A DNA stretch of 62,929 nucleotides, counting the filler, from Theionarchaea archaeon (GTDB lineage: Archaea; Methanobacteriota_B; Thermococci; Methanofastidiosales; SZ-28-30): assembly GCA_018992565.1 (NCBI GenBank). It is 6 parts of 6 records of this genome, joined end to end, with 100 filler letters (N's around TTAATTAATTAA, not from the genome) between each part and the next. Parts side by side here need not be neighbours in the genome. Positions count along the whole stretch, not along the records: positions 60,426 to 62,929 come from JACVGW010000154.1; 5 more parts are not named here. One strand, 5' to 3'. The notes under the pieces were generated by a model, which worked only from the letters and a program-made list of their open reading frames with translations, had not been told where the DNA came from and searched no databases. Below are positions 61,579 to 62,929 of this stretch, in pieces (position 1 is the stretch's first letter; each line of letters starts with the position of its first letter). Both the position numbers and the translations under genes were made by a program.

Positions 61579-62697
61579 TCAGATCACAGTAATTACCTTC
61601 TGGGGGTGAGACAACAGTTCTGCCTTTTCTCTGACCACAATATCATCCTCAAGCCCCATGTTAACCTCACCTGTAATTGAGGGTTCAATTGTGAAAACAT
61701 TCCCCTCTTTAATCTCTTTGACAGCACTCTTTTCATATCTCTCCCACAGAGGACCCAGTATGCACCCACCATCATGAACCTCTCTTCCTATCTGATGTCC
61801 CAACCCATGATTGTACTCAGGATATCCATTCTCTGTAATGATCCTCCGGGCCACGGCATCAATCTCATATCCCTTCTTACCGGGCTTGATGGCCTTCATA
61901 CTCTCTTCCTGCGCTCTCCGGATAGTCTCGAAAGCACGTACCATCGTCTGTGGGGGTTCACCTCCAAAAAAGAATACTCTCTGCAGGTCGGAGCAGTATC
62001 CTTCATATTTCACACCAAAATCTATGTGTATGCTCTCATTTCTTCTTAGCTTCTTGTCGGATGGCATTCTGTGACCCAGTTCAGTGCCCAGTCCAAAGCT
62101 GACTGCAGGATCACTCCACGCTAATTCACATCCGTTTCTCCTGGTCAGATCTACCATTTCCTGCATCAATTCCTTTTCTGTTATCTTTTCATGTATTATG
62201 TCAGGCAATTCATCAAAAATCTCCTCAGTCACCCGCACCGCTTCTCTGATCCTCTCCAGTTCTTCTTTTGTCTTGACGGATCTCACCTCCTCCAGAAATA
62301 CTTCGGAGGACAGGATTTCCCCCTTGTACTGTATTTCTTTGAGGACCTCTGAGAACTTCAAGAATAATCCGTATGTCAATGAATCCACTGTATGATCATG
62401 CTGAGAAAAATTCATGTATATCCTAGAAGGATTCACTTCCCTCAGAATTTCTGGAAGTACATCTCGTATTCCTTTGGTATACGTGTGCACTTCCATGTCC
62501 TGCACTCTGGCCTTGTCATAGGACGCTACAACAGCTATTTTCCTTTCTCTTGTAAGAATGAAGGCAGATTCCCCAATAAATCCCTGTCCAAGCAGGAGCT
62601 CTATGGCTCTGTCTCGCTGTTCTCTTTCCAGTATTATCCAGCACTCAATATTCCTTTCTCTAAGAATAGAACGCGCTTGCTCAACCTTAGATTTCAT
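61579..62697 (-). CDS. M24 Xaa-Pro aminopeptidase family protein
   Basis: IDFG..YCSD..R, HGLGHQIGREVHD, TIEP and LEDD. Confidence 0.92.
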   Translation of the reverse strand: MKSKVEQARSILRERNIECWIILEREQRDRAIELLLGQGFIGESAFILTRERKIAVVASYDKARVQDMEVHTYTKGIRDVLPEILREVNPSRIYMNFSQHDHTVDSLTYGLFLKFSEVLKEIQYKGEILSSEVFLEEVRSVKTKEELERIREAVRVTEEIFDELPDIIHEKITEKELMQEMVDLTRRNGCELAWSDPAVSFGLGTELGHRMPSDKKLRRNESIHIDFGVKYEGYCSDLQRVFFFGGEPPQTMVRAFETIRRAQEESMKAIKPGKKGYEIDAVARRIITENGYPEYNHGLGHQIGREVHDGGCILGPLWERYEKSAVKEIKEGNVFTIEPSITGEVNMGLEDDIVVREKAELLSHPQKVITVI

Positions 62698-62804
62698 ACG
62701 GTGATTCAGCACCCTCAAGATAAAAAGATTACTTCACCATGAGAGCACATATTCTCGCGTTCAATAGTGATCAGAATCAATACGTTTCCACACCAGAAAC
62801 CTCT

Positions 62805-62882
62805 TGGTAGCGGGGTGTGGATTTGAACCACAGACCTGCGGGTTATGAGCCCGCCGGGCACTCCTAGCTGCCCCACCCCGCT
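62805..62882 (-). tRNA. Initiator tRNA-Met(CAT) with encoded CCA
   Basis: A1:U72 pair, GCGGG-CT-CAT-AA-CCCGC with three consecutive G-C pairs, GGTTCAAATCC and a 3' ACCA. Confidence 0.95.
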
Positions 62883-62904
62883 TTGACTCCTGTTCAATTC
62901 TTTC

Positions 62905-62917
62905 CTTATAAACTTTA
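62905..62917 (-). promoter_or_regulatory. TATA box upstream of initiator tRNA-Met
   Basis: TAAAGTTTATAAG on the minus strand, about 25-35 nt upstream. Confidence 0.55.
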
Positions 62918-62929
62918 CGAAGAGCAAGA

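Noticed and set aside
62715..62927. 70-aa ORF
   Set aside because: It overlaps the initiator tRNA-Met and is spurious.

Overview
This window is six concatenated contigs from a draft or metagenome-assembled archaeal genome. They are joined by artificial N-TTAATTAATTAA-N linkers at 12572-12671, 25027-25126, 37295-37394, 49033-49132 and 60326-60425, and there are five further 100-N scaffold gaps. Archaeal origin is supported by archaeal-type tRNAs (Leu-CAA, Glu-CTC, initiator Met), GGTGA Shine-Dalgarno and BRE/TATA signals, AglB, an archaeal GTPBP1-type GTPase and a WOR5-like tungsten oxidoreductase. The peptide-degrading gene content and the Cys-containing C-terminal anchors suggest Theionarchaea or a related anaerobic peptide fermenter, which is inference. 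Most genes encode peptidases (S8, C25, M19, M24, CPBP, CHAT), ABC-2 exporters, GNATs, hydrolases, Lrp regulators and surface beta-propeller proteins. The main points of interest are: (1) a HypD-like glycyl-radical enzyme with the catalytic Glu replaced by Thr; (2) a left-end cluster of a CHAT protease, an unannotated 41-aa Cys-rich microprotein, a Pycsar-effector-like 3TM protein and a large lipoprotein with a DUF1598-like core; (3) a shared G-x-C-[LS]-G-[TS]-TM C-terminal sorting signal on three unrelated secreted proteins; (4) an Rhs toxin with a candidate lipoprotein immunity gene and a decayed PIN toxin-antitoxin pair next to tRNA-Leu; (5) a gingipain-like protein lacking both catalytic residues; (6) an AglB with DWENG in place of WWDYG; and (7) an orphan YcaO. 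All family calls come from motif recognition by eye, with no database searches.
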